From the NCBI GenBank assembly GCA_964523195.1, contig CAZFYV010000002.1, positions 1 to 34,316 on the forward strand: 34,316 bases of DNA. Direction: 5' to 3'. The position numbers and the translations under genes are program-made. The notes beneath the pieces are model-generated. The model saw nothing but the letters and a program-made list of their open reading frames with translations, did no database searches and had not been told where the DNA came from. Source of the stretch: an uncultured Pseudobdellovibrionaceae bacterium (GTDB lineage Bacteria > Bdellovibrionota > Bdellovibrionia > Bdellovibrionales > JAGQZY01). Positions 24,468 through 34,316 of this stretch are shown in pieces; the stretch's first letter is position 1, and each line of letters begins with the position of its first letter.

Positions 24468-25004
24468 ATGTCTAGTCTGATGAAAAATTGTGTAATGTTG
24501 TTTGCCGTAGTTGGCGTAGTGGGTTTTTCTGCTGACCAAGCTGAGGCGAGAGGTTGTGGTGGTGATACACTTGCTGGTGCGATCGTAGGTGGAATCATTG
24601 GAGCCATTATTGGTGATGGACTCGGTGACGCTGGCTTAGGAGCAGCTATCGGAGCTGGAAGTGGAGCTCTCATCGCTAATGAATCTTGTGAAGCTCAAAG
24701 AGCTTTTAGTGGTGTTGTTTATGCTCGACCTGGTTCTTATCGGGAGTGGAGAGATGGTCATCAGCATGGTTATTTCGAAGTAGATAGCTGGGGTGAGTAC
24801 AGAACCCGTGAGCGCACGTATACTGAGTGTCGTGAGATCACAAGTTATCACTCATATGGTCGTCGTGGTCATAGACATTATGGTCACCGCAATAGAGGTT
24901 GGGGTGGATACGACGTTGTTGAAACTCGTCTATACTGCCGTACTAGAACTAAGAAAGTTAGAGTTTTTGAAAGATATAATTCTAGCAGGTATTACAGATA
25001 TTAG
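24468..25004 (+). CDS. Secreted glycine-zipper protein with an Arg/Tyr/His-rich C-terminal domain
   Basis: GGGGG RBS before the ATG at 24468. Signal peptide ending AEA. The GxxxG zipper is GAIVGGIIGAIIGDGLGDAGLGAAIGAGSGALIA (Gly-zipper / 17-kDa-antigen-like). The tail includes YHSYGRRGHRHYGHRNRGWGGY... Confidence 0.65.
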   Translation: MSSLMKNCVMLFAVVGVVGFSADQAEARGCGGDTLAGAIVGGIIGAIIGDGLGDAGLGAAIGAGSGALIANESCEAQRAFSGVVYARPGSYREWRDGHQHGYFEVDSWGEYRTRERTYTECREITSYHSYGRRGHRHYGHRNRGWGGYDVVETRLYCRTRTKKVRVFERYNSSRYYRY

Positions 25005-25029
25005 TCGTTTTTAGAGACAAAAATAAAAA

Positions 25030-25055
25030 GGCTACCAGTGTTGGTAGCCTTTTTT
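25030..25055. terminator. Bidirectional rho-independent terminator
   Basis: Stem GGCTACCA (25030-25037) / TGGTAGCC (25042-25049), loop GTGT, T6 downstream and A5 upstream. It sits between convergent genes. Confidence 0.75.
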
Positions 25056-25082
25056 ATTTATTATGAGTGATCTGCGCTTAGC

Positions 25083-27392
<2,310 letters not shown>

Positions 27393-27502
27393 CTAGAAAC
27401 ACCTCTAAACCCCTAAAACCACTAATATTTAGAATTGAGTTGCTATGGTACTGCGAATAGTGATGTATTTATAGTTCAACGACATGACATTGGAGAATCT
27501 AG

Positions 27503-27943
27503 ATGAATGAAGGGTCACCAGCAGGCAATCAACCCAAGAAAAATAAAGCTCTTATAATTTCGATAGTTGTGATTTTGATATTGGCTGTTGTGGGCTATTT
27601 CGCACTTAGCCAATTTATGGGGCAGTTTAAAGGTGATTCAGTAGTTGGTCAGCCTAAAATAGTAGGTGGAAGTTGTGAAAATCAGATGAAAGAGATTGCT
27701 GTAACAACTCTACAAACATTAAATCAAATTTTTAATTTTGGTCCCGAACAGCAGGCGGAGTTTACTCAAGTATATGTCAAAGAAATGTGTGATTGTTTAA
27801 AGCCCTCACTTAGGGAAGGGGATATAATTGCATTCATGGGTAATCCCGAAAACAAAGAGTTTCTCTCTCAATGTTCAACGACAGCAGGTGAAAAAGCAGG
27901 GGCCGCCGCAGCTGGAGTAGGTTCTGCAGATGCAGAGGAATAG
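27503..27943 (+). CDS. Hypothetical membrane-anchored protein
   Basis: GGAGAA RBS; N-terminal TM helix ALIISIVVILILAVVGYFAL; four Cys; Ala/Gly-rich acidic tail. No family recognised. Confidence 0.5.
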   Translation: MNEGSPAGNQPKKNKALIISIVVILILAVVGYFALSQFMGQFKGDSVVGQPKIVGGSCENQMKEIAVTTLQTLNQIFNFGPEQQAEFTQVYVKEMCDCLKPSLREGDIIAFMGNPENKEFLSQCSTTAGEKAGAAAAGVGSADAEE

Positions 27944-27947
27944 ATAA

Positions 27948-28637
27948 TTGGCCACCAGGTTTTCAGAAGAAACATTCAAATATTTTGAAAGAGCGAAGAG
28001 AAACCGATTTAAAAAACATTGGTTTGAAAAGAATAAGAACCTCTACCTTGATGCTGTAAGAGAGCCTTTTTCGTATCTGGTCGATCAAATACGTGAGGAA
28101 CTTTACGATGAGTTGCCGAGGATCGATATTGACCCGAAAAAAATAACTCGTCCCTTGAGACCCTCTAACCGAGCTGAAGAAAATGGATTTATTAAACACC
28201 ATAGTCATATTACTTTGTGGGAAAAGAAGACTTCGCTTTTTGAATGGAACCCAGCGATTCATATTCAAATAGGTGGTGAAAAAGACGACAATCTTTACGG
28301 AATTGGTTTGTATATGGTGTCTAGCCGACAAATGAGTCGTCTCAGGCATGAACTCTACGAGGATTTCGATGAGATCGATGCAATACTTTCTGAAACCAAA
28401 TTAAAGAGAGCCTTTGGTGGGCTTGCCGGGGAACGCTACAAACGGTTTCCTAAAGGGTATGATGCTGAAGATGAGAAGTGTAAGTATCATTGGCATAAGC
28501 GCTTTTTTCTCGACAGGTCACTTACACGCGAAGAGGTGAAGAAACCGGGCTTTGCAAAAAAGGTAGTTAAAGACTTAAAAACAGCCATGCCTTTTTTTCA
28601 ATGGGTTCGAAATGCTGTCGGTGTCTATAAGAAGTAG
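27948..28637 (+). CDS. DUF2461 (TIGR02453) family protein
   Basis: The N-terminus F..ETFKYFERAKRN..K.WFEKNKNLYLDAVREPF matches the DUF2461 signature. TTG start 7 nt after GAGGAA and 4 nt after the upstream stop. Confidence 0.7.
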   Translation: MATRFSEETFKYFERAKRNRFKKHWFEKNKNLYLDAVREPFSYLVDQIREELYDELPRIDIDPKKITRPLRPSNRAEENGFIKHHSHITLWEKKTSLFEWNPAIHIQIGGEKDDNLYGIGLYMVSSRQMSRLRHELYEDFDEIDAILSETKLKRAFGGLAGERYKRFPKGYDAEDEKCKYHWHKRFFLDRSLTREEVKKPGFAKKVVKDLKTAMPFFQWVRNAVGVYKK

Positions 28638-28641
28638 CTTT

Positions 28642-30012
28642 CTAGCTTGCTAAGTTTCTGTTTTTTTGAGCAGATCTTTTTAGAAGTTTCAAAACAAAAG
28701 TAGTAGGTGAATCGTTTTCAAGATAGAGTTGCCCTTGGTTGCTTTCGATGAGTGCTTTAGACAAACTTAGTCCGAGGCCGGTACCTTTCCCAATTGGTTT
28801 AGTCGTATAAAATGGCTTGAAGAGTTTGCTTCTAACCTCATCTGGTATCCCCTTCCCAGAATCACTAATTCTAATTTCAATAAAATCTGGTCCATCATGA
28901 CTAACTATTTTTATCCAAGGTTCGGACTGCTCGTTAACTTCATCGATTGCATTGTTGAGTAAATTGAGAAGAATTTGGCTTAAATCCGTAATGTTTCCTG
29001 AGACCTCTGAATCTATTAGATTGTCTTCGATCGACAGATTTATTCCACAGGATTTAACCCTGCTTTGGGTAATATTTATGACGTCACTCAAAAGTTCACT
29101 GGTATTCGTAAATTCGCTTTCACCATCGTTTTTGCCTCGAGAAAGCTTCAAAAGAGATTTAACAATTGAATTAATCCGTTTTACTGTTTTTTGAATGGTA
29201 TGAACTTTCTTAACTGCAAAATCATCTTCAATGACAGAGTTGGATTTGTTTAATTGCTCAGCCGACATAGAAATGATTGCAAGAGGGTTGTTGATTTCGT
29301 GAGCAATGCCTCCAGCCATATGCCCTATCTCCGCCATGAGTGATTGGTTTGCATTGGCGAGTTCTTGTTTCTTTAGTCTTTTCTCAAGTTCAACTTTCTC
29401 CTCAAGTTCTTGGATGTAGTTCTCTCGCTCGACACTTAAGTTAACTGATTGTTTGAGTAATTTATTGATCGATGCAATTCCTCGAAGAGTAACGAGAACA
29501 AACAAGATTCCTACGACAGCCATTATCCAGCTCGTATTTTCATTTTGAATGACTGTAATTATACAGTAACCAAATATACAAACAACTGCATAGGGATAAG
29601 AGCATATTTTTGAAGACGCCAGTGTTGTCAGTGCGCCAAACATGATTCCGAGGTAGCAGACAATCAAAATTTGCGACTCGATGGGTTTTGATGTTTGAAA
29701 AATATCGATTGCCCAAACCCAACTCAAACCCAAAAGAAAGATTAAAGCCGCATATCCTTTTTCAATGGCAATATATGTTGAAAGTTTATTGGTATTCTCA
29801 AATTTATATTTAGCCCATCGGATAAAGACCAGTCTCAGGGCAATCAAAATGAACTGAAAGGCAATCCATATTTGACCCATTATGGGATTTTTAGCATCGA
29901 CTCCGTAGAAGACAGCCAGTGCAACTAAAGATGAAGCTAGAACAGGACCTTCAAGTCCGTCAAAGAGCCTTTTAACTCTAAGTTGTTCTATTTTTTGGTC
30001 ATGAGAAAGCAT
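28642..30012 (-). CDS. Sensor histidine kinase with a polytopic membrane sensor domain
   Basis: About 6 TM helices and a coiled coil. H-box GIAHEINNPL, N-box LLNLLNNAIDE, G-boxes DSGKGI and GTGLGLSLS. Confidence 0.85.
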   Translation of the reverse strand: MLSHDQKIEQLRVKRLFDGLEGPVLASSLVALAVFYGVDAKNPIMGQIWIAFQFILIALRLVFIRWAKYKFENTNKLSTYIAIEKGYAALIFLLGLSWVWAIDIFQTSKPIESQILIVCYLGIMFGALTTLASSKICSYPYAVVCIFGYCIITVIQNENTSWIMAVVGILFVLVTLRGIASINKLLKQSVNLSVERENYIQELEEKVELEKRLKKQELANANQSLMAEIGHMAGGIAHEINNPLAIISMSAEQLNKSNSVIEDDFAVKKVHTIQKTVKRINSIVKSLLKLSRGKNDGESEFTNTSELLSDVINITQSRVKSCGINLSIEDNLIDSEVSGNITDLSQILLNLLNNAIDEVNEQSEPWIKIVSHDGPDFIEIRISDSGKGIPDEVRSKLFKPFYTTKPIGKGTGLGLSLSKALIESNQGQLYLENDSPTTFVLKLLKRSAQKNRNLAS

Positions 30013-30092
30013 TATTCTTTATCGGATTAATCGTTTCTTAATGAATGATCAAAATGAGAATAATTCCAAATACTGAGGTTCTAAATAGATAT

Positions 30093-31190
30093 CTAAGCGA
30101 GAGTGAAAGAGCTCTTTTTTAAAACCTTGCCGTTGATCTGGACTTCTAAATAGTGTTTTCCTGTATAGTGTTTTCTGGTTGTTACCTTCTTAAAATGGAT
30201 ACTCTTTTTAACTTCTAAAGTTCCATTACCTTCAAGATCAACGGTTTTTAGCTTGAAAACTTTTGGGTTTAGAGAGCCGTTGGCTTTTGGATAATGAATT
30301 ATGTAGTCTATCATTAATGGCTGATTTTTAGAGGTTTCGTTTTTAACGGAGAACTGTAAATTAAACCGATCTCCCTCTTTGATCTTCTTGGGAGACAACG
30401 AAACACTTGATATCCCTACTTTAGCATTTGGATTGTAGCCCATGAGTTTAAGTGCATCTTTGTTACCCTGTTTAAGTAGGTTCCGAAGAGCATGCTTTAT
30501 GACCCAATGGGTTTCCTTAGATGCACCTTTATGCCATGAAGTTAATGTCTTTATTGCAAGTTTAGGATCAATCCAGCCAATGTCATTCATATGGTTTGCA
30601 ACACTTTTTCTTACGTATTCCGACTCATCATTTTTTAGTTTATTTAACAGTTTAATATTTTTATTTAAATGATCCTTAATATTGGGAACCTTTTTTCCCC
30701 AGGGCAAATTTGGCCTTGTTCCTTCGCTAACAAGCCTTCGCACATGTTCGTTGGAATGACTGACCCATTTTTCGAGAACCTCATAAGTTCTCCTTGGGTC
30801 TTTAATCAGAAACTGTCGAATGCCGAACTCGGCGGTGAAGGCGATTGTAATTGATTTGAGTGCTCGGATAGATTCTTCGAAGTAATCTAATCCATAGACT
30901 TCAACAAAATTTGAATATGGCCAGAGGAGAAAGCCCGATAGGCCATCTGGGTTCTTGGATGATTTGATGGTTTTCTCAAGAGTTGCTATTTTCTTTTTGT
31001 ATCCCCCACTCAAGTGAGAATTCAAATTTTCAGTTATTTGGTCTACTCTCTGCTTCATTTCGAGCTTGTTCAGGTTTCTTGTAGACTGAGAAACAAAAGA
31101 CTTTTTATCGAAGCCTCGATCTTTTTCAGAAATTTTTTCTGCTAAATCTGAAATAGAGTTTTTATTATAGACATTCTTGAAAGGTTCCAT
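30093..31190 (-). CDS. DNA alkylation repair protein (AlkC-like HEAT-repeat protein, COG4335) with a beta-rich C-terminal domain
   Basis: HVRRLVSEGTRPNLPWGKK and ESEYVRKSVANHMNDIG are hallmark motifs of the DNA_alkylation family. The last ~100 aa are beta-strand-like. Confidence 0.7.
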   Translation of the reverse strand: MEPFKNVYNKNSISDLAEKISEKDRGFDKKSFVSQSTRNLNKLEMKQRVDQITENLNSHLSGGYKKKIATLEKTIKSSKNPDGLSGFLLWPYSNFVEVYGLDYFEESIRALKSITIAFTAEFGIRQFLIKDPRRTYEVLEKWVSHSNEHVRRLVSEGTRPNLPWGKKVPNIKDHLNKNIKLLNKLKNDESEYVRKSVANHMNDIGWIDPKLAIKTLTSWHKGASKETHWVIKHALRNLLKQGNKDALKLMGYNPNAKVGISSVSLSPKKIKEGDRFNLQFSVKNETSKNQPLMIDYIIHYPKANGSLNPKVFKLKTVDLEGNGTLEVKKSIHFKKVTTRKHYTGKHYLEVQINGKVLKKSSFTLA

Positions 31191-31268
31191 TTTGACTTCT
31201 TATCCTAGAGTTAGCCGGAAGTAAATTAATCTATTGAAGTTCTTGAGGGAATTCAGTTTAATAGGTGT

Positions 31269-31877
31269 ATGTCTATGAAATTATGGAAAAAAGCACTTTT
31301 AGCGCTATCGTTTGGTACAATGATTTGGTCTGGGGTATTTCCCAAAGACTACTTCACATGGTTTCTCGAGGTATTGCCGGTAATGATCGGTTTACCGGTG
31401 CTTCTTTACTTTGAAAGTAAAAAGAAGGTCTCGAGTTTAATGTTCTTTATAGTAACTGTTCACTGTGTGGTTCTGTCGATTGGAGGGCATTATACCTATG
31501 CAGAAGTTCCATTAGGTTATTGGCTGCAAGATATTTTCGGTTTTTCTAGAAACCATTACGATCGAATTGGTCACTTTATGCAGGGTGTGACCCCTGCTCT
31601 TCTATGTTTAGAAATCTTTACCCGAAAACGAGTTATGGCTCGAAGCTTTTGGCTAGGTTTATGTTCGGTTGCGATTGCTTTGTCATTTAGTGCTTTTTAT
31701 GAACTGATAGAATGGTGGGCTGCGGTTCTTACTGGAGAAGCTGCCGATGCTTTTTTGGGTACACAGGGAGATATATGGGATACTCAATGGGATATGTTTT
31801 TGGCCTTGTGTGGTGCTTTAACTACAAATTTGATTTTGTTTAAAACGAGTTTCTTAGAGAAGCTGTCCAACAGCTAA
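31269..31877 (+). CDS. DUF2238 (YjdF-like) inner membrane protein
   Basis: GGHYTYAEVPLGYW...FGFSRNHYDRIGHFMQG...YELIEW matches DUF2238. The second ATG at 31275 is better spaced from the AGGTG RBS. Confidence 0.7.
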   Translation: MSMKLWKKALLALSFGTMIWSGVFPKDYFTWFLEVLPVMIGLPVLLYFESKKKVSSLMFFIVTVHCVVLSIGGHYTYAEVPLGYWLQDIFGFSRNHYDRIGHFMQGVTPALLCLEIFTRKRVMARSFWLGLCSVAIALSFSAFYELIEWWAAVLTGEAADAFLGTQGDIWDTQWDMFLALCGALTTNLILFKTSFLEKLSNS

Positions 31878-31956
31878 GTTTTACTCCAGTGCATTGCATT
31901 TACGGTTCAAGTAGTCGAGTTATAGGTTTTGAAATCAAGATAACTGCGCCAGAAAT

Positions 31957-31983
31957 AAAAAAAAGCCATTTAAAAAAATGGCT
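31957..31983 (-). terminator. Rho-independent terminator downstream of the ABC-F gene
   Basis: Stem AGCCATTT (31964-31971) / AAATGGCT (31976-31983). On the minus strand it is followed by a T-run, the complement of the A-run at 31957-31964. Confidence 0.5.
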
Positions 31984-32131
31984 TCTGGGGGCGTGGTTAA
32001 AATCCACTATATATTTTGTACTTTAAGAATACTCAATAAGCTAATTTGAATCCTCTTACAAAAATGTTACAAAAAATACACTATAAATTGCTGAAAATAC
32101 TAAGGAAATTTAAATCTCTTTTTGAGATTAG

Positions 32132-33958
32132 TTAGTTGTAGGTGATGTTTGAGAGTTCTTTCTCTAGTGATTCTAGGTTCTCAGAAAGGGCAATCCAAGA
32201 GTTTTCAAGTTCAGTGGCGCGGTTGTTCAATTCCTCACATTTCTTGTGGAGATCAGTGGCGTCTTTTCCAGAGGAGGAATTGAGTTGTTCAAGTGTGTCG
32301 ATAAGTATCTTTTGATTGGACTCCATTTCTTGATCAACTGCTTTTATTTTTTTGCCGATTTCTAAAATCTCTTGCTTAAGACGTTTGCGTTCTTTTTTAA
32401 TATCAAGTTTTTCGTTTTTCAGATTAGAGTTGTTAGTGGACTCCTCAGAATTAGACTCCTTCTCACTGTCTTCTGCTAAAACTCCTTTTTGAACACTCCA
32501 TAGGTACTCTTGGTAGGTTCCTGGGTACAATGAAACTAGGGAATCTTTAATCTGAAGAATTTTTGAAGAAACTCTATCTATGAATGCTCTGTCGTGACTA
32601 ACTACAATCACTGTTCCTTCGTAGGTTTCAAGAGCTTGAGCCAGGGACTCCACGGTTGAGAAGTCCAGATGGTTTGTCGGTTCATCTAATAACAGGAGAG
32701 GGGATCTATTTAACAAGATTTTTCCCAAGGCGACTCTTGTCTTTTCTCCGCCAGATAAAACCTTTATTTTCTTTTCAGTATCTTCCTTAGAAAAAAGAAG
32801 TGAGCCTGCAAGGTTCAATACATCTTGTGGAAGAATATCTGGGTGAGCATCACTAATTAAAGAATCATACACTGAGTCTTCATCTTTTAGTTGATCAGCC
32901 GAATGCTGAGTAAAATAACTAATTGAAACTCCATATCCTAGTTCGAAATCACCTGAAATGGGACGAATGGTTTCTGATAGCCCCTTTAAGAGAGTTGATT
33001 TTCCGGAGCCATTAACTCCAACTACCCCTAGGTGGTCACCGCGCGAAAGGCTTAATGTAACGTCCTGTAATACGATTTTTTCTCCATAACCTAGTTTCAC
33101 ATCATTGATTTTTAAAACAATCTTTCCAGTCTTTACAGGAGATGGAATATTTATACTGGCCTTTGTTGGTAGTGGCTTGATATCAACGACTTTCAGTTTT
33201 TCGAGAGATTTAAGTTTTGATTGAGCTTGCGTAGCTTTGGTATTTTTAGCTCGAAACCTGGTCACGAAATCCATAATTTTCTTTCGCTTTGCCTGTGTCG
33301 AAAGATTTTGTTTTTCGATTTGCTGACGAATCTGTTCCTTTTGATCGAAGTAGTCATCAATTCCTCCCGAGAACTTTGTGACGTCAGGATATTCGATCTC
33401 AAGAGTTTGATTTGTTACTCTGCGAAGGAATTCTCGGTCGTGAGAGATTAAGAGAAAAGCACCTTCATAAGAAATAAGAAACTTCTCAAGTACTAAAAGT
33501 GATTCCAAGTCCAAATAGTTAGTAGGCTCATCCAGAAGCATCAAATTGGGGTCATTCCCAATAACATATAGAAGTTGAGATCTCATTCGAAAGCCACCGC
33601 TAAACTCGGCAATTTTAGTTTCGAAGTGCTCTTTAGTTAGTCCCAGACCTTCTCCAAGTTGCTCTAACTCCCAAATAGGAACTTTACAGCTTTCCTCTAA
33701 AAAAGATCTAAGGGTGGAATTTAGGTTCCAATCGTCTTCTTGTCCTAGATATCCAATACGTAAGGAGTTAGATTTTACTAATTCTCCCGAATCGAGCTGA
33801 TCTTGACCAATAAGAATTTTAAATAGAGTCGATTTACCTGCTCCATTAGGCCCCACAACTCCAACATGTTCATTGGAATTTATAGCGAAAGTTACGTCCT
33901 CAAACAGAACGCGGTCGCCAAAAGCCTTTGTGCCGTTTTGGACTTGCAACAGATTCAT
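32132..33958 (-). CDS. ABC-F family ATPase (Uup/YheS-like, two ABC domains plus a C-terminal coiled coil)
   Basis: Walker A motifs GPNGAGKST and GVNGSGKST. Signature motifs FSGGFRMR and LSGGEKTR. Walker B motifs LLLDEPTN (twice). No TM domain. The C-terminus is Lys/Glu-rich coiled coil. Confidence 0.9.
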   Translation of the reverse strand: MNLLQVQNGTKAFGDRVLFEDVTFAINSNEHVGVVGPNGAGKSTLFKILIGQDQLDSGELVKSNSLRIGYLGQEDDWNLNSTLRSFLEESCKVPIWELEQLGEGLGLTKEHFETKIAEFSGGFRMRSQLLYVIGNDPNLMLLDEPTNYLDLESLLVLEKFLISYEGAFLLISHDREFLRRVTNQTLEIEYPDVTKFSGGIDDYFDQKEQIRQQIEKQNLSTQAKRKKIMDFVTRFRAKNTKATQAQSKLKSLEKLKVVDIKPLPTKASINIPSPVKTGKIVLKINDVKLGYGEKIVLQDVTLSLSRGDHLGVVGVNGSGKSTLLKGLSETIRPISGDFELGYGVSISYFTQHSADQLKDEDSVYDSLISDAHPDILPQDVLNLAGSLLFSKEDTEKKIKVLSGGEKTRVALGKILLNRSPLLLLDEPTNHLDFSTVESLAQALETYEGTVIVVSHDRAFIDRVSSKILQIKDSLVSLYPGTYQEYLWSVQKGVLAEDSEKESNSEESTNNSNLKNEKLDIKKERKRLKQEILEIGKKIKAVDQEMESNQKILIDTLEQLNSSSGKDATDLHKKCEELNNRATELENSWIALSENLESLEKELSNITYN

Positions 33959-34019
33959 ACAGGATTGATAGCTAAAATAGCTAACCCTGTCTACGATTTA
34001 AGCTGAAATTAATTAGAAG

Positions 34020-34133
34020 TTATTTACTCTGAATTTGCTCTGTTTGATTACTCGGTATTTCCTGAGCATCTGCTGGAAATAAGCCGCAAAGTAGTATGAA
34101 TAAAAACGCAAATATCTTAATAGCTGAAAACAT
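34020..34133 (-). CDS. Possible 37-aa signal-peptide-bearing small ORF
   Basis: MFSAIKIFAFLFILLCGLFPADAQEIPSNQTEQIQSK, with GGGGAA a few nt upstream of the ATG. Too short for the ORF track, and no other support. Confidence 0.2.
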   Translation of the reverse strand: MFSAIKIFAFLFILLCGLFPADAQEIPSNQTEQIQSK

Positions 34134-34316
34134 CAATTTCCCCGAATACGATGACTAATTCCTAGGTACCCACGCCTTTATTTTGCAAAGACTTTGCCAT
34201 GGTCTAGGCGAGACAAGTTGCTTCTGGTGTCTCAATAGGTGTCTAAATTGCTAATATTATACAGATTTTAAACGTCTCAGACTGAGAACTTGGTGCGTGA
34301 TTAAGTCTACCTAATT

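Noticed and set aside
24437-24673. An antisense Pro/Ala-rich 78-aa ORF opposite the glycine zipper.
   Set aside because: It is the mirror image of GGN/GCN-rich codons (Gly/Ala read as Pro/Ala on the other strand), not independent coding signal.

Overview
This is an AT-rich window (high-30s % GC by eye, not computed) that reads as chromosomal DNA from a Gram-negative bacterium, since it carries TolC/RND genes, lipoboxes and periplasmic-type proteins. I support about 36 protein-coding genes on both strands. I found no rRNA, tRNA, CRISPR array, transposase, integrase or phage genes by eye. Gene order, left to right:
- Truncated epimerase (-), DUF4112 membrane protein, stand-alone BLUF blue-light sensor, secreted M14 carboxypeptidase.
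- A block of uncharacterised envelope proteins: a Cys-rich lipoprotein, a bitopic membrane protein, a secreted PD40+Kelch double beta-propeller and a cytoplasmic hypothetical.
- A COG2085-type NADP oxidoreductase with a DASS/SLC13 transporter, then an SLT-like secreted protein.
- A redox/detox neighbourhood: thioredoxin, SDR, GFA, SRPBCC-GyrI fusion, Rrf2 regulator, DUF3147, GNAT and a membrane J-domain protein.
- LysR divergent from yceI, a Xi-class GST (glutathionyl-hydroquinone reductase) and pirin.
- A TolC-RND-TetR operon with no adaptor gene.
- A small lipoprotein, then a glycine-zipper secreted protein behind an exact-consensus sigma-54 promoter.
- Monomeric isocitrate dehydrogenase, a hypothetical plus DUF2461 pair, an orphan histidine kinase, an AlkC-like DNA alkylation repair protein, DUF2238/YjdF and an ABC-F ATPase.

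I could not identify a clear-cut new multi-gene system such as a defence island, toxin module or biosynthetic cluster. The best follow-up candidates are:
1. A GTTAC-N7-GTAAC operator shared by the Rrf2 gene and the SDR-thioredoxin operon, which suggests a small thiol/redox regulon with a leaderless autoregulated repressor.
2. The sigma-54-driven glycine-zipper protein with an Arg/Tyr/His-rich tail and perfect palindromes upstream.
3. The adaptor-less OMF-RND-TetR operon with twin CAAACGTTTG palindromes.
4. The short BLUF photoreceptor.
5. The PD40+Kelch double propeller.

All family calls come from motif recognition by eye. No database search was run.
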